Assembly (NCBI GenBank): GCA_020629675.1
Contig: JAHDCW010000001.1
Location: 1 to 49,885, forward strand
DNA length: 49,885 nucleotides
Reading direction: 5' to 3'
Source of the DNA: Minisyncoccota bacterium
Lineage (GTDB): Bacteria > Patescibacteriota > Minisyncoccia > Moranbacterales > GCA-2747515
Below the pieces are notes generated by a model. The model saw only the letters and a program-made list of their open reading frames with translations. It was not told where the DNA came from and did no database searches. This document shows positions 21,194-29,936 of this stretch, in pieces; within the stretch, counting starts at the first letter, position 1, and each line of letters starts with the position of its first letter. A program made the translations under genes and the position numbers.

Positions 21194-22504
21194 TTAGAGT
21201 TTGCTTTCGTAATTTTCAGCCCAATACAAAACGTTTTCACAGTAAAAACGCGTATTACCAGAGCATGATCCCAAATAGCGAGCTGCCGCCTGCCACTCTC
21301 CCGATTCTGTTCGCGCACCATCATTTGCAAGCTTGAGTGCCATCGCCATGACGCCATCTGTGAGATCCCACGGATCAGGTGGGTTATGTCCAGTATTCGC
21401 TGCTATGCGTGATTGGTATTCAAGCCACGTGTCAGACATAAATTGTGCCACGCCCATAGCGCCGCCCGTACCCGTGTATTGCGATGGTGGACACGACACA
21501 CGCATTTCCGTATGGTCATAGCCCAACTCCTCTGTGATTTGCTTAAATGCTTTTTTACGTCGATCATTCATACGACTTGTCCCATATGTGCATCCTCCCG
21601 TAAATCGTCCGAGGTCAGTTTCCACAATCAGCATCCCCAACAGAAACTCCTTCCGCACTCCTGTCTGACCACTCGCAAAATCTGCAGCTTCTACAATATC
21701 ATCCGTTGTCACACCCACGCCTAACAAAGCTGAAATCTGCGACTGGATCACGCTTAACTTGCGATTCAATTCCGAAAGCTCTGCCTTTGCACTAAGAACC
21801 TCACTTGATGTAAGAGCAGCTGTTTGCGCAAGCGCTGACTCTTTTTCTGAAAAATCTTTTTCTAATTTTTGCTTCTCTACTCGCGCTTGATCAAGCTCAG
21901 CTTTTTTCGCACTCAAATCTCGCTCTTCCTGATCAAGCTCATTCAATACATCAGTAATTGAGCGACGCACTTTTTCCACATCTCCTGACATAAATGCAAC
22001 ACCAGAGCTTACCTCTTCAATCAAATCCACAGAAAGCATGGAAACATACTCCCTATATAAAATACGCACTGATGCTGCCAATGACTCACGACTAATATTG
22101 AGACGCTCACGTACGCGTGCAAGCTCTTTTTCGTTGGTTGCAATCTGCTCTTCTTTTTCTGCAATATCAGCACGCACGTCCTCAAGTGCATAACGCTGCG
22201 TCATCAAAGCATTTCTTTGCACGGCCAAACGCGCTTCTGAATCCACCTTTTTATCACGCGCTTCGTCAATCCTCTCCTTGAGATCTTCTTTATCATCCTC
22301 CAACTCCTTTTGTTTTTCCTTATCTTCTTCAGTCAACTCATCGCTTTGCTCCTCATTGTTCACACCCTCACCTCCACTCTGATCATCCTCTTTGTTTTCA
22401 GCGATCGTTTCTGCTGACTCCTCTGCATAAACAAAATGTGGCACACTCAAAAAAATTGCACCTAAAGCACCAAAAAAGAAAGCTATGTACACAAAATACT
22501 TCAT
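21194..22504 (-). CDS. Secreted coiled-coil protein with C-terminal MltB/SLT_2-like lytic transglycosylase domain
   Basis: N-terminal TM or signal peptide, a long Glu/Lys-rich coiled-coil segment, and the C-terminal motif GTGGAMGVAQFMSDTW. Confidence 0.6.
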   Translation of the reverse strand: MKYFVYIAFFFGALGAIFLSVPHFVYAEESAETIAENKEDDQSGGEGVNNEEQSDELTEEDKEKQKELEDDKEDLKERIDEARDKKVDSEARLAVQRNALMTQRYALEDVRADIAEKEEQIATNEKELARVRERLNISRESLAASVRILYREYVSMLSVDLIEEVSSGVAFMSGDVEKVRRSITDVLNELDQEERDLSAKKAELDQARVEKQKLEKDFSEKESALAQTAALTSSEVLSAKAELSELNRKLSVIQSQISALLGVGVTTDDIVEAADFASGQTGVRKEFLLGMLIVETDLGRFTGGCTYGTSRMNDRRKKAFKQITEELGYDHTEMRVSCPPSQYTGTGGAMGVAQFMSDTWLEYQSRIAANTGHNPPDPWDLTDGVMAMALKLANDGARTESGEWQAAARYLGSCSGNTRFYCENVLYWAENYESKL

Positions 22505-22510
22505 GACGGC

Positions 22511-22519
22511 ATTATATCA
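22511..22519 (-). promoter_or_regulatory. Extended -10 promoter placed for a leaderless transcript
   Basis: The minus strand reads TGATATAAT-GCCGTC-ATG, so there are 6 nt between the -10 box and the start codon at 22504. Confidence 0.45.
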
Positions 22520-22581
22520 TGAAGACCACTTCCCGCGGTGGAAAGTGGTCTATGACATTTTCTATGCTGTTTCTAATACTG

Positions 22582-23193
22582 CTATTCAGCAGACTCAGCT
22601 TCAGGAGCCTCTTCAGCTTCAGGTGCTGATTCTTCCTCTTGTTTTCGTGGCGCTGAAACACTCACAGCGACTGCAGTAGCATCAGTCAAAACCTCAATAT
22701 TTTTATCAATTGTGAGATCCGCCACTGTAATACGATCTTCAAAAGTCTCAATCGTAGAAATATCTACAGTAATTTCATGCACGAGGTCGCCCGGCAAAGC
22801 TTTCACTGCAACAGACTCCAGCGTACTAAGTGTACCACCCAGGTTTTTAACTGCTAGTGACTCCCCCTCTGTCACGATCGGGATATGTGTCTCCACCTTC
22901 TCATCCATACGCACATGGAAGAAGTCAACATGCGTAAACTGATTAGACACAGGATCCACCTGATAATCATGAATCAGCGCTTGAAATTTTTCACCACCAT
23001 CCACATCAATTGTCACAACCGTATTCGTACCTGATTTTTCAAAAGTATGCATCAAAAGCGTCGCGTCAACCCACACATTCTGTGCATCAAAGCCATGTCC
23101 GTAGATAACCGCAGGTACATTACTCACCTCTTCGCGGCGCACTTTTCGCCCGGTAACGTCTCGCTTTGAGACGGATAATTCTATTTTTTCCAT
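22582..23193 (-). CDS. rplY: 50S ribosomal protein L25, Ctc (long) form
   Basis: MEKIELSVSKRDVTGRKVRREEVSNVPAVIYGHG, two-domain length (203 aa) and an acidic C-terminal tail. Confidence 0.85.
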   Translation of the reverse strand: MEKIELSVSKRDVTGRKVRREEVSNVPAVIYGHGFDAQNVWVDATLLMHTFEKSGTNTVVTIDVDGGEKFQALIHDYQVDPVSNQFTHVDFFHVRMDEKVETHIPIVTEGESLAVKNLGGTLSTLESVAVKALPGDLVHEITVDISTIETFEDRITVADLTIDKNIEVLTDATAVAVSVSAPRKQEEESAPEAEEAPEAESAE

Positions 23194-23227
23194 ATTACTA
23201 ATATTCTGATTAATTTAATCACACAGC

Positions 23228-23554
23228 TTAGATGCCAGGCTCTTGCGCACACCTCTCATACTCTTCGTGAAAATAGCGATACGCAGCAATCACATCATCA
23301 CTATCAATCGCCTTTTGCTGCATCATGTCTAGTGCCTCATGCGCATGCATATCAGTCATCATACCGAAAGTGACCATACCTGCCTCACTCTCTGCGCTGT
23401 ACGCCATAACCTTATGCTGACATTTTTCGCATGCGATATGCATAATAGCACGGTCTCGCGTTGAGCCAATCGATGACACCGTCAATTCATCGCTTTGCGC
23501 ATTACACACAGGACAGCTCTGTGACGTACCATTGTGCTGAACACTATTTTCCAT
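23228..23554 (-). CDS. Hypothetical small zinc-ribbon protein
   Basis: Paired CPVC...CEKC cysteines. 108 aa. Confidence 0.4.
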   Translation of the reverse strand: MENSVQHNGTSQSCPVCNAQSDELTVSSIGSTRDRAIMHIACEKCQHKVMAYSAESEAGMVTFGMMTDMHAHEALDMMQQKAIDSDDVIAAYRYFHEEYERCAQEPGI

Positions 23555-23563
23555 ATGGGAGCT

Positions 23564-23592
23564 ATTTTAATATGTTTTATCACTTTTGACAA
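23564..23592 (-). promoter_or_regulatory. Sigma70-type promoter giving a near-leaderless transcript
   Basis: TTGTCA (23592-23587), 17-nt spacer, TAAAAT (23569-23564), with 9 nt to ATG 23554. Confidence 0.45.
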
Positions 23593-23603
23593 CCCTCTTC
23601 TTC

Positions 23604-24434
23604 CTAACGATAATTACTCTGATCCGTAAAATCACCAACATCGATACCGCTCGCATTTATAAAATTCTCCGAATCATACACATCAACCTCAACATCAATG
23701 TCAATATCGCTAATCACGCCATCAAAGGGATATGTCCAATTTAAGCGGAAGTCACGTTGCTCAAATGCACGAAAGGCACCTATGCGTGTTTTATTTACTG
23801 CAATTGGTTGTCCGATCTCATTACGTAAAATCACGAGCGCATCAACTGCTGCAAAGTCATAAGGGCTGCGATTATGTACAACACCAAACGCCTCTGCAAA
23901 ATCAATACCAGCCTGCACCTTACCATAGCTCTCTCCTGAGACGATAAAATCTGGATCTACAATATTCTCAAACCGCACCCACTCTACATCAGAAATTTCC
24001 ATACTTACCTTTTTAGGCTCTACTGAGCTGCTGATGTTCAACTCTGCCACAAAGCGATCCTGCTGCGGTAAGATGAGGCTGGTACCAGCTCTTTGCGCAA
24101 CTCTTTGATTGCTCCCATCATAAAGAGTGATTGTATAGTAAAATCGCGAAGCCCCAAGCAATGGATTAGGATTAGACACCTCAGCCACAACATCATACAC
24201 ACCCGGACCACCTCGCATGACAGCCGTACTTGTAATGTCCATCTTTTCTGGTTTTATGGGTTCTTCGCATGCCGCACATACACCACCGCAATCCACACCT
24301 TCTTCATTTTGATTTTGGCGACCATCAAAACATGATGCTGGTGGTCGGTTGGTCCAATACATGCAACCTGCAATACTTAAAAAAATTGCAAGATAAACAC
24401 ACAGGATCACTATTCTCTTTATTGTTCGTGTCAT
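23604..24434 (-). CDS. Hypothetical membrane-anchored extracytoplasmic protein
   Basis: One N-terminal TM followed by SCFDGRQNQNEEGVDCGGVCAAC, a Cys motif I recognise from many uncultured small-genome bacterial hypothetical proteins. Confidence 0.5.
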   Translation of the reverse strand: MTRTIKRIVILCVYLAIFLSIAGCMYWTNRPPASCFDGRQNQNEEGVDCGGVCAACEEPIKPEKMDITSTAVMRGGPGVYDVVAEVSNPNPLLGASRFYYTITLYDGSNQRVAQRAGTSLILPQQDRFVAELNISSSVEPKKVSMEISDVEWVRFENIVDPDFIVSGESYGKVQAGIDFAEAFGVVHNRSPYDFAAVDALVILRNEIGQPIAVNKTRIGAFRAFEQRDFRLNWTYPFDGVISDIDIDVEVDVYDSENFINASGIDVGDFTDQSNYR

Positions 24435-24440
24435 ATTAGT

Positions 24441-24468
24441 ATTATAATCTGCCTACGTTATTTCGCAA
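24441..24468 (-). promoter_or_regulatory. Sigma70-type promoter placed for a leaderless transcript
   Basis: TTGCGA (24468-24463), 16-nt spacer, TATAAT (24446-24441), then ACTAAT and ATG (24434). Confidence 0.5.
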
Positions 24469-24469
24469 A

Positions 24470-24913
24470 TCATCTTATCCATAAGGACGCATAATCACCC
24501 ACTTCCACGCCCCATGCTCCAGCTGATCCTGCAGGCAACTCCAAAACACCCTCTATTTTTTGACCAGCCTCATAGAGCACTGTAGGTGTAAGGTGGGACA
24601 CGTCATGGTCTATATGGACGATACGCCCACCCCTAACCCATATTATATCAATATCAAAACGCATATCCTTCATCCAAAATCGCGGCTCTTGCAACGTTTT
24701 AAAGTCAAAATACATCCCACAGCGTCCACACAAACGATCACGACCGCCAAGCCCGCGCGCAAACTCCCCTTCTGTCACAGGAAGCTCCACGAAGACGAGT
24801 TGACCATCAACGACAAAAGGTGACCACCGCAAAAAACCTCCCACAAACAAGAAGCATGCAGCAAACATCAACGCAGTGACAAAAATGACTATTTTTTTAT
24901 GAAATGGATTCAT
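24470..24913 (-). CDS. DUF192 (COG1430) family protein
   Basis: N-terminal TM and the motif GMYFDF....FWMKDMRFDIDIIWV...VLELPAG. Confidence 0.7.
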   Translation of the reverse strand: MNPFHKKIVIFVTALMFAACFLFVGGFLRWSPFVVDGQLVFVELPVTEGEFARGLGGRDRLCGRCGMYFDFKTLQEPRFWMKDMRFDIDIIWVRGGRIVHIDHDVSHLTPTVLYEAGQKIEGVLELPAGSAGAWGVEVGDYASLWIR

Positions 24914-25919
24914 TTTTATTTTTACTTAGATAAGTGCTAAACGAAAGTACGCTAAAAATAAACACTGCATAAAATGCGAGAAAGAAAAACTTATATGCGC
25001 CCTGAAAAAAAGCTGCTGCTGTAGCACCTAGAACCGTCACACCCAAATACACAGTAACAACCCTTTCCTTTGTCCACCCAGATCGCAGTAAATGATAGTG
25101 CAGGTGACGCTCATCTGCTCGAAAGATGTTAACCCCTTCTCTTAATCGTTGCCAAATCACGTAGACAAAATCACATAATGGAATCAGCAGAACAGCCAAC
25201 ATCGTCCCCACTTTCCCACCGGCAAAAATTGCCATAAACGCCAGCATAAAGCCAATGATATACGAGCCGCTTGTGCCGAGCATCATACTACGCCCAAATA
25301 CATTAAAACATGTAAATACGAAAAGCGCCCCCATCATAATTACAGCAACAATCGCAAGTGGCGGCTGATAAACATGATCTGAAAGCGCAACAATAAAAAG
25401 CGCACCGAAAGCGATCACCCCTATCCCACCAGCAAGACCATCAACACCATCACACCAGTTATACGCATTTACAATCACGAGAACCCAGAGAGCCGTTAAA
25501 CCAGCCAACAAAAGAGACTGTACAGCGCCTGAAACAAGTCCAGTAAGAAAACTATACTCAATCCTAAAGCCAGCAGCTACTATAATTCCAGCAAGGAGGA
25601 CTTGTACCGCAATTTGTGAACGCCATGACTGTGGCCTTACATCATCATAAAGTCCATAAAGAAGTGCGCTACCTATTACTACAATAAAGACGAACCACGC
25701 CTGATCAATAATGAGCGTTGGATGCAATAACATACTCACAATCACAGTTACTCCCACCACAAGCCCACCAATTCGAAGCATTTCTCGCCGTGCATAGCGA
25801 TGCCGCAAACCGGTACGGTTAAGGTGTGGATTTAACCTCGAACCAATACACAGCGGTAGAAATATCGCTCCTACTATGGCGATCACCAAACTCAAAATCA
25901 GCGCAATAATGTATTCCAT
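24897..25919 (-). CDS. Polyprenyl-phosphate N-acetylhexosamine-1-phosphate transferase (MraY/WecA superfamily, WecA/TagO-like)
   Basis: Polytopic membrane protein with YGLYDDVRP, NAYNWCDGVDGLAGG and RHLHYHLL. Confidence 0.8.
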   Translation of the reverse strand: MEYIIALILSLVIAIVGAIFLPLCIGSRLNPHLNRTGLRHRYARREMLRIGGLVVGVTVIVSMLLHPTLIIDQAWFVFIVVIGSALLYGLYDDVRPQSWRSQIAVQVLLAGIIVAAGFRIEYSFLTGLVSGAVQSLLLAGLTALWVLVIVNAYNWCDGVDGLAGGIGVIAFGALFIVALSDHVYQPPLAIVAVIMMGALFVFTCFNVFGRSMMLGTSGSYIIGFMLAFMAIFAGGKVGTMLAVLLIPLCDFVYVIWQRLREGVNIFRADERHLHYHLLRSGWTKERVVTVYLGVTVLGATAAAFFQGAYKFFFLAFYAVFIFSVLSFSTYLSKNKNESIS

Positions 25920-25955
25920 AAAAATGCATCCCCTACGAGTACTCCGACTACCCCA

Positions 25956-27662
25956 CTACTTCAATCCTGTTTTTTTGATGACTTTTTCAGTAACCCAAAA
26001 CTCTGTAAAATATTTCTTTAGCAGGATGCGTGTTTGTGACTCAATCGCAGGCAACGCACCTAGAAGCGGCGCAATAATCGGCACCAAAAACCATTGCGTG
26101 GCCATATAAATATATTTTTTGCGGGAATGATGTTCTGGTCGTGGTGGCAAAAGCAGGAATGAAAGCCCAATCGAAATAATCAAACCGCCCATCGCCATCG
26201 TCATCAGTGTACGCGTCACTATCGGTAAATTACTTGCAATCGTCAGCTGACGAAACTCTGCTCCACCAAAAATCAACGGTAACCACCCTAAGAGCGCAAG
26301 CATAAGTGGCGCTGTCGCCCATGAGTGATGACCCTCAAGCATCTCGAAAGCGATCTTGAGCTTTTCGCGTAAGTAGATCTTTTGATTTGACCAGATTGCA
26401 CGCATAATAATTGGGAAGTTTTCAATACCATACGCCCAACGGCGCTTTTGCTTGTACTGATTGACAACTGTCCCCCAATACGATGAAGCAAGCACGGCAT
26501 CCATCGATACAGGTGTATACAGTGGCTTTACTGCATAATCACCATTGAAATATGAATACCCCTTCCAATAAATAATCGAGTCCTCGCTGATCATGTTCAC
26601 TGGCCAAAAATTAACCTTTACCAGCGTATCAAACGGTTCTGCATGTGATGAAAAAGTCACCATCTCACGACGCGTACTTTGAAACATGTGCCAAAAAGAA
26701 GAGCTTGTTACAATCACACGCACAAAAGCATTAGTGTCCCAAAGGTTGTTATGATATAGCGGAATCGGTTGATATGCCCTCTGGAGGCGATCCTTTTCTG
26801 TGATGTAAGCATATGTAAGTGCCCCAAAATACTCCGGATGCGCAACGCTTTCACAGTCAAAATTAGAAAGTACCACACGCTTATAATCAACCTCTCGATC
26901 ATCAAGATACTTTTGTAGCTTTTTAGCAGCATAGGTAGTATTAGAAGCCTTACATTTCATTTCACCATCCGCAACTTTATGGACAGATACAATAAAGTCT
27001 TGAAATACACCAGCATATTTTTGACGTAGTGTATTAACCTTATGTTCGCGCTTTTCCGGATCTTCTCGCTCCTCTGTTGCCAAGAGAATGATAATTTTCT
27101 CATTTGGATAGTGACTGCTCTTAATTGCCGCAAGAGCTGGATCGATATTTTCTGGGCCCTCTGTCGCCGTTGGCAGCATCACCACATGCACAACATCCTC
27201 CCACGGCATCATGTCTTCCTGTTTAAAAGTTGCCAATTCTTTAGTTAGCTCCTTGTCTTGCTTGATTTCTCGACGCAGTGTTTTGCGCTCATGTGCAAAA
27301 GGCGTCTTGCGGAGTAACTTTTTATTTGTTTTGATGCGTGTAAATACCTCTTTTTGATAGGCCACGAGATCAGCCACACCCTCGATCCGTGCAAACCAAT
27401 CAATCTTTTGATCATTTTTCAATCGTCGGTACGCTTTGATTGAATAGTATGAGATAAAAATCGTGCGGTGAATCCAGTAAATATCAAACGCAATTATAAA
27501 GATAGCCACAGCAATCGGCGTAAAGATTGAAAAGACCACCATCCCAATCAACGTCGCCCACGTCAAGATCGCAGGAATTACTTCCAGCAGGCGCTGATCA
27601 CGTCTCTCCTTTTTTGTCTTTGGCTGCGGCGAAGGAAATGAAAAAGGTATTTTATTTTTCAT
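25956..27662 (-). CDS. Integral-membrane processive family-2 glycosyltransferase (cellulose/chitin/hyaluronan-synthase-like)
   Basis: TM segments flank a cytoplasmic GT-A domain with ISEDS (ED motif) and QKRRWAYG (QxxRW motif). 568 aa. Confidence 0.65.
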   Translation of the reverse strand: MKNKIPFSFPSPQPKTKKERRDQRLLEVIPAILTWATLIGMVVFSIFTPIAVAIFIIAFDIYWIHRTIFISYYSIKAYRRLKNDQKIDWFARIEGVADLVAYQKEVFTRIKTNKKLLRKTPFAHERKTLRREIKQDKELTKELATFKQEDMMPWEDVVHVVMLPTATEGPENIDPALAAIKSSHYPNEKIIILLATEEREDPEKREHKVNTLRQKYAGVFQDFIVSVHKVADGEMKCKASNTTYAAKKLQKYLDDREVDYKRVVLSNFDCESVAHPEYFGALTYAYITEKDRLQRAYQPIPLYHNNLWDTNAFVRVIVTSSSFWHMFQSTRREMVTFSSHAEPFDTLVKVNFWPVNMISEDSIIYWKGYSYFNGDYAVKPLYTPVSMDAVLASSYWGTVVNQYKQKRRWAYGIENFPIIMRAIWSNQKIYLREKLKIAFEMLEGHHSWATAPLMLALLGWLPLIFGGAEFRQLTIASNLPIVTRTLMTMAMGGLIISIGLSFLLLPPRPEHHSRKKYIYMATQWFLVPIIAPLLGALPAIESQTRILLKKYFTEFWVTEKVIKKTGLK

Positions 27663-27721
27663 AAGAAATATAATCGATATACTTCTTATTATACGACCAA
27701 TTCACAATTACCAAAAGAGTA

Positions 27722-28105
27722 TTACGCATTATTGAGAACGAGCGAGATGCACATCACCACAAAAGCAAGTACAACCAAAAAGGTACCAATCAGAATAATG
27801 TGTGCAGCTACACGCTCTTGCCGGCGATAAAATACACTAGCAATATAGTAATTAAGAGCACTTTGTAATATCAAAACACAAGCGATAATATATGGACTCC
27901 ACCATGGAGCGCGCGCGCTTACACCAAAGTAAACGTTATATTGCAACTTCAGCTCTTTAGCATCACCACCAAAAAAATATAAGATCGCAACTGCTACCAC
28001 AAATACAAGCACGGTCGCAATAAAAATCCACTGCGTCACAGGACTATACCATAGTGCCGCAGCCTTATGCTCTTCACTTTTAGCAAATAAAATAGGATTT
28101 TTCAT
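27722..28105 (-). CDS. Small polytopic membrane protein, unknown function
   Basis: 127 aa with 3-4 hydrophobic segments. It lies between rmuC and the GT2 synthase. Confidence 0.45.
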   Translation of the reverse strand: MKNPILFAKSEEHKAAALWYSPVTQWIFIATVLVFVVAVAILYFFGGDAKELKLQYNVYFGVSARAPWWSPYIIACVLILQSALNYYIASVFYRRQERVAAHIILIGTFLVVLAFVVMCISLVLNNA

Positions 28106-28109
28106 ATAT

Positions 28110-29213
28110 TTAATCTTGGGCGTGCGGCCGCTCTATTTTCTCAGGTATAATTTCACGATCCTCACGGTCTGTAATGCGCATCACATCACGATCGACCTTA
28201 CCAAGCTCCGCATATGCATTATTAAAATGATTCACTGTCGTGCTCATCGACTTGCCTAGTTTTGCCATATGGACATCATGCGCGTTCCAGTGCTTAGAAA
28301 GCTCTTCAACGCGCTTCTTGATCTGCCTTGCATTATCCTCGATCTCAAGTGCGCGCAAACCTTGAAGTACAGTCTGCAAATAAGCTAAAAAGGATGTCGG
28401 GGAAACAATCACCACACTCTTATCACGAAATGCGTACTCTATCATATTTTGTGTCTGGATGGAAGCAGTCCCCACACGTCCCACGAGAAGATCATAATAA
28501 ATAGCCTCTGAGGGAATAAACATAAATGCAAAATCCATCGTGTCCTCCTCGGGGCGAATGTATTTTGCTGTTTCATCAATGCGCTTTTTTACATCTGCTT
28601 TAAACTGCTTTTCATAGCGTTCTTTGAGATCCTCATTTGGCGCATTAAGAAGTCGCTCATAGTTCTCTAGAGAAAATTTGGAGTCAACAGGAATGATCTT
28701 ATCTTTGACAAACAGTGCTGCATCCACGATATTGCCATCTGCAAACGCATACTGCACCTTATAAGCATCGGGTGGTAACACATTCCCAAGGACATGCTCA
28801 AGGATAAATTCCCCCAGAACACCGCGTTGCTTAGGACTACGCAAAATATCCTGCAAACCTTGTAACTGCTCTGAAAAATCAACGATCTTTTGATTGGTTT
28901 TATCAAGTGAGCCAAGCTTCTCTGAAACATGCTCAATAAGTCGATCAGACTTTTTCGTGATATCGCCGATGATTTCACGTGCCTCACTAAATTGATGTTG
29001 CCCTGCCCTATGAAAGCTCTCGAGTTTTGTGTCTACGTCTGAGCGCATTTTTTCCTGTGTGGAGCCGATGTGAAGTAGCTTCTCATTTAACTGCTCCAAG
29101 CGATCCTCTGACTCTCGTCCTTTGAGAATTTTAAGCACAAACCAAATCAAAACAACCAACAGCAATACAATTGCTACCAATAACATCTCAATCAGTCCAC
29201 CATTTAGCTCCAT
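28110..29213 (-). CDS. rmuC: DNA recombination protein RmuC
   Basis: N-terminal TM, a coiled-coil region, and IIPVDSKFSLENY plus FAFMFIPSEAIY. Confidence 0.8.
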   Translation of the reverse strand: MELNGGLIEMLLVAIVLLLVVLIWFVLKILKGRESEDRLEQLNEKLLHIGSTQEKMRSDVDTKLESFHRAGQHQFSEAREIIGDITKKSDRLIEHVSEKLGSLDKTNQKIVDFSEQLQGLQDILRSPKQRGVLGEFILEHVLGNVLPPDAYKVQYAFADGNIVDAALFVKDKIIPVDSKFSLENYERLLNAPNEDLKERYEKQFKADVKKRIDETAKYIRPEEDTMDFAFMFIPSEAIYYDLLVGRVGTASIQTQNMIEYAFRDKSVVIVSPTSFLAYLQTVLQGLRALEIEDNARQIKKRVEELSKHWNAHDVHMAKLGKSMSTTVNHFNNAYAELGKVDRDVMRITDREDREIIPEKIERPHAQD

Positions 29214-29215
29214 GG

Positions 29216-29827
29216 TTATTTTTTCTTTTTCTGTAGATTAATCAGAAATTCCGTTTTTTCTGGCACCTTGTTAATAATCATATCATGCGGCCCAGTCATA
29301 AAATCAATAATAAATCGATCCATCATTTCCAAGCGATACAAAAAATCTTCTGTCGACATCGTCGAGTAGCGTACCTCATGTCCAATTTCTGCCTCAATAC
29401 GCGCTATTTTTTCATTCAATGCAGGTCGCTTTACATTATTCCCAACAACCAGCAAATCAATTTCTGCATGAGGATAATTCATAAAAACGCCGCTGATCGC
29501 CACAAGTTGCAGCGACCCCAACTTCTTCATATTCTGCACCTCACTACAATGAGGATAAACATTTGATTTTACAAAAAGATTACGCAGTTCATTATAATAA
29601 GGAAATTGCTCATCTACACCGTAGACTTTTTGTCGACGTGCCACGTCCTCTTTTAAAAGACCTAGCTTAGTGAGCATTGTCACCGCCTTGCGGACACGAT
29701 CAGCCTCGAGACGCGTTTTTTCACGCACGTCTTTGAGTGTAAATTTACTGCCAGGGTTTAAGATGAAAAAGCGCATGATACGCGCTTTTTCCTTGGAACC
29801 AAAAAGTGTCGTCAATACATCTGCCAT
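29216..29827 (-). CDS. Winged-helix DNA-binding protein with C-terminal nucleotidyltransferase-like domain
   Basis: I prefer ATG 29827 (MADVLTTLFGSKEKARIMRFF...) over the track's GTG start at 29848. It has a wHTH-like N-terminus, then SGVFMNYPHAEIDLLVVG. Confidence 0.45.
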   Translation of the reverse strand: MADVLTTLFGSKEKARIMRFFILNPGSKFTLKDVREKTRLEADRVRKAVTMLTKLGLLKEDVARRQKVYGVDEQFPYYNELRNLFVKSNVYPHCSEVQNMKKLGSLQLVAISGVFMNYPHAEIDLLVVGNNVKRPALNEKIARIEAEIGHEVRYSTMSTEDFLYRLEMMDRFIIDFMTGPHDMIINKVPEKTEFLINLQKKKK

Positions 29828-29936
29828 ATGAGTAGTTTGTTCCTCCACGAGTTTTCTCCATCATACTATAGATTTAACCAAAGAGCCAAAATAATACAAA
29901 AACTTTGATTTTTGTTCATATTTTTTAGCCATCACA

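Noticed and set aside
22521-22549. A 9-bp hairpin (AGACCACUU...AAGUGGUCU) with a CCGCGGUGG-containing loop lies between rplY and the next gene. It could be a terminator or a second T-box-like element.
   Set aside because: No U-tract follows it on the coding strand, and no specifier or antiterminator partner could be found. It may simply overlap the -35 region of the leaderless promoter.
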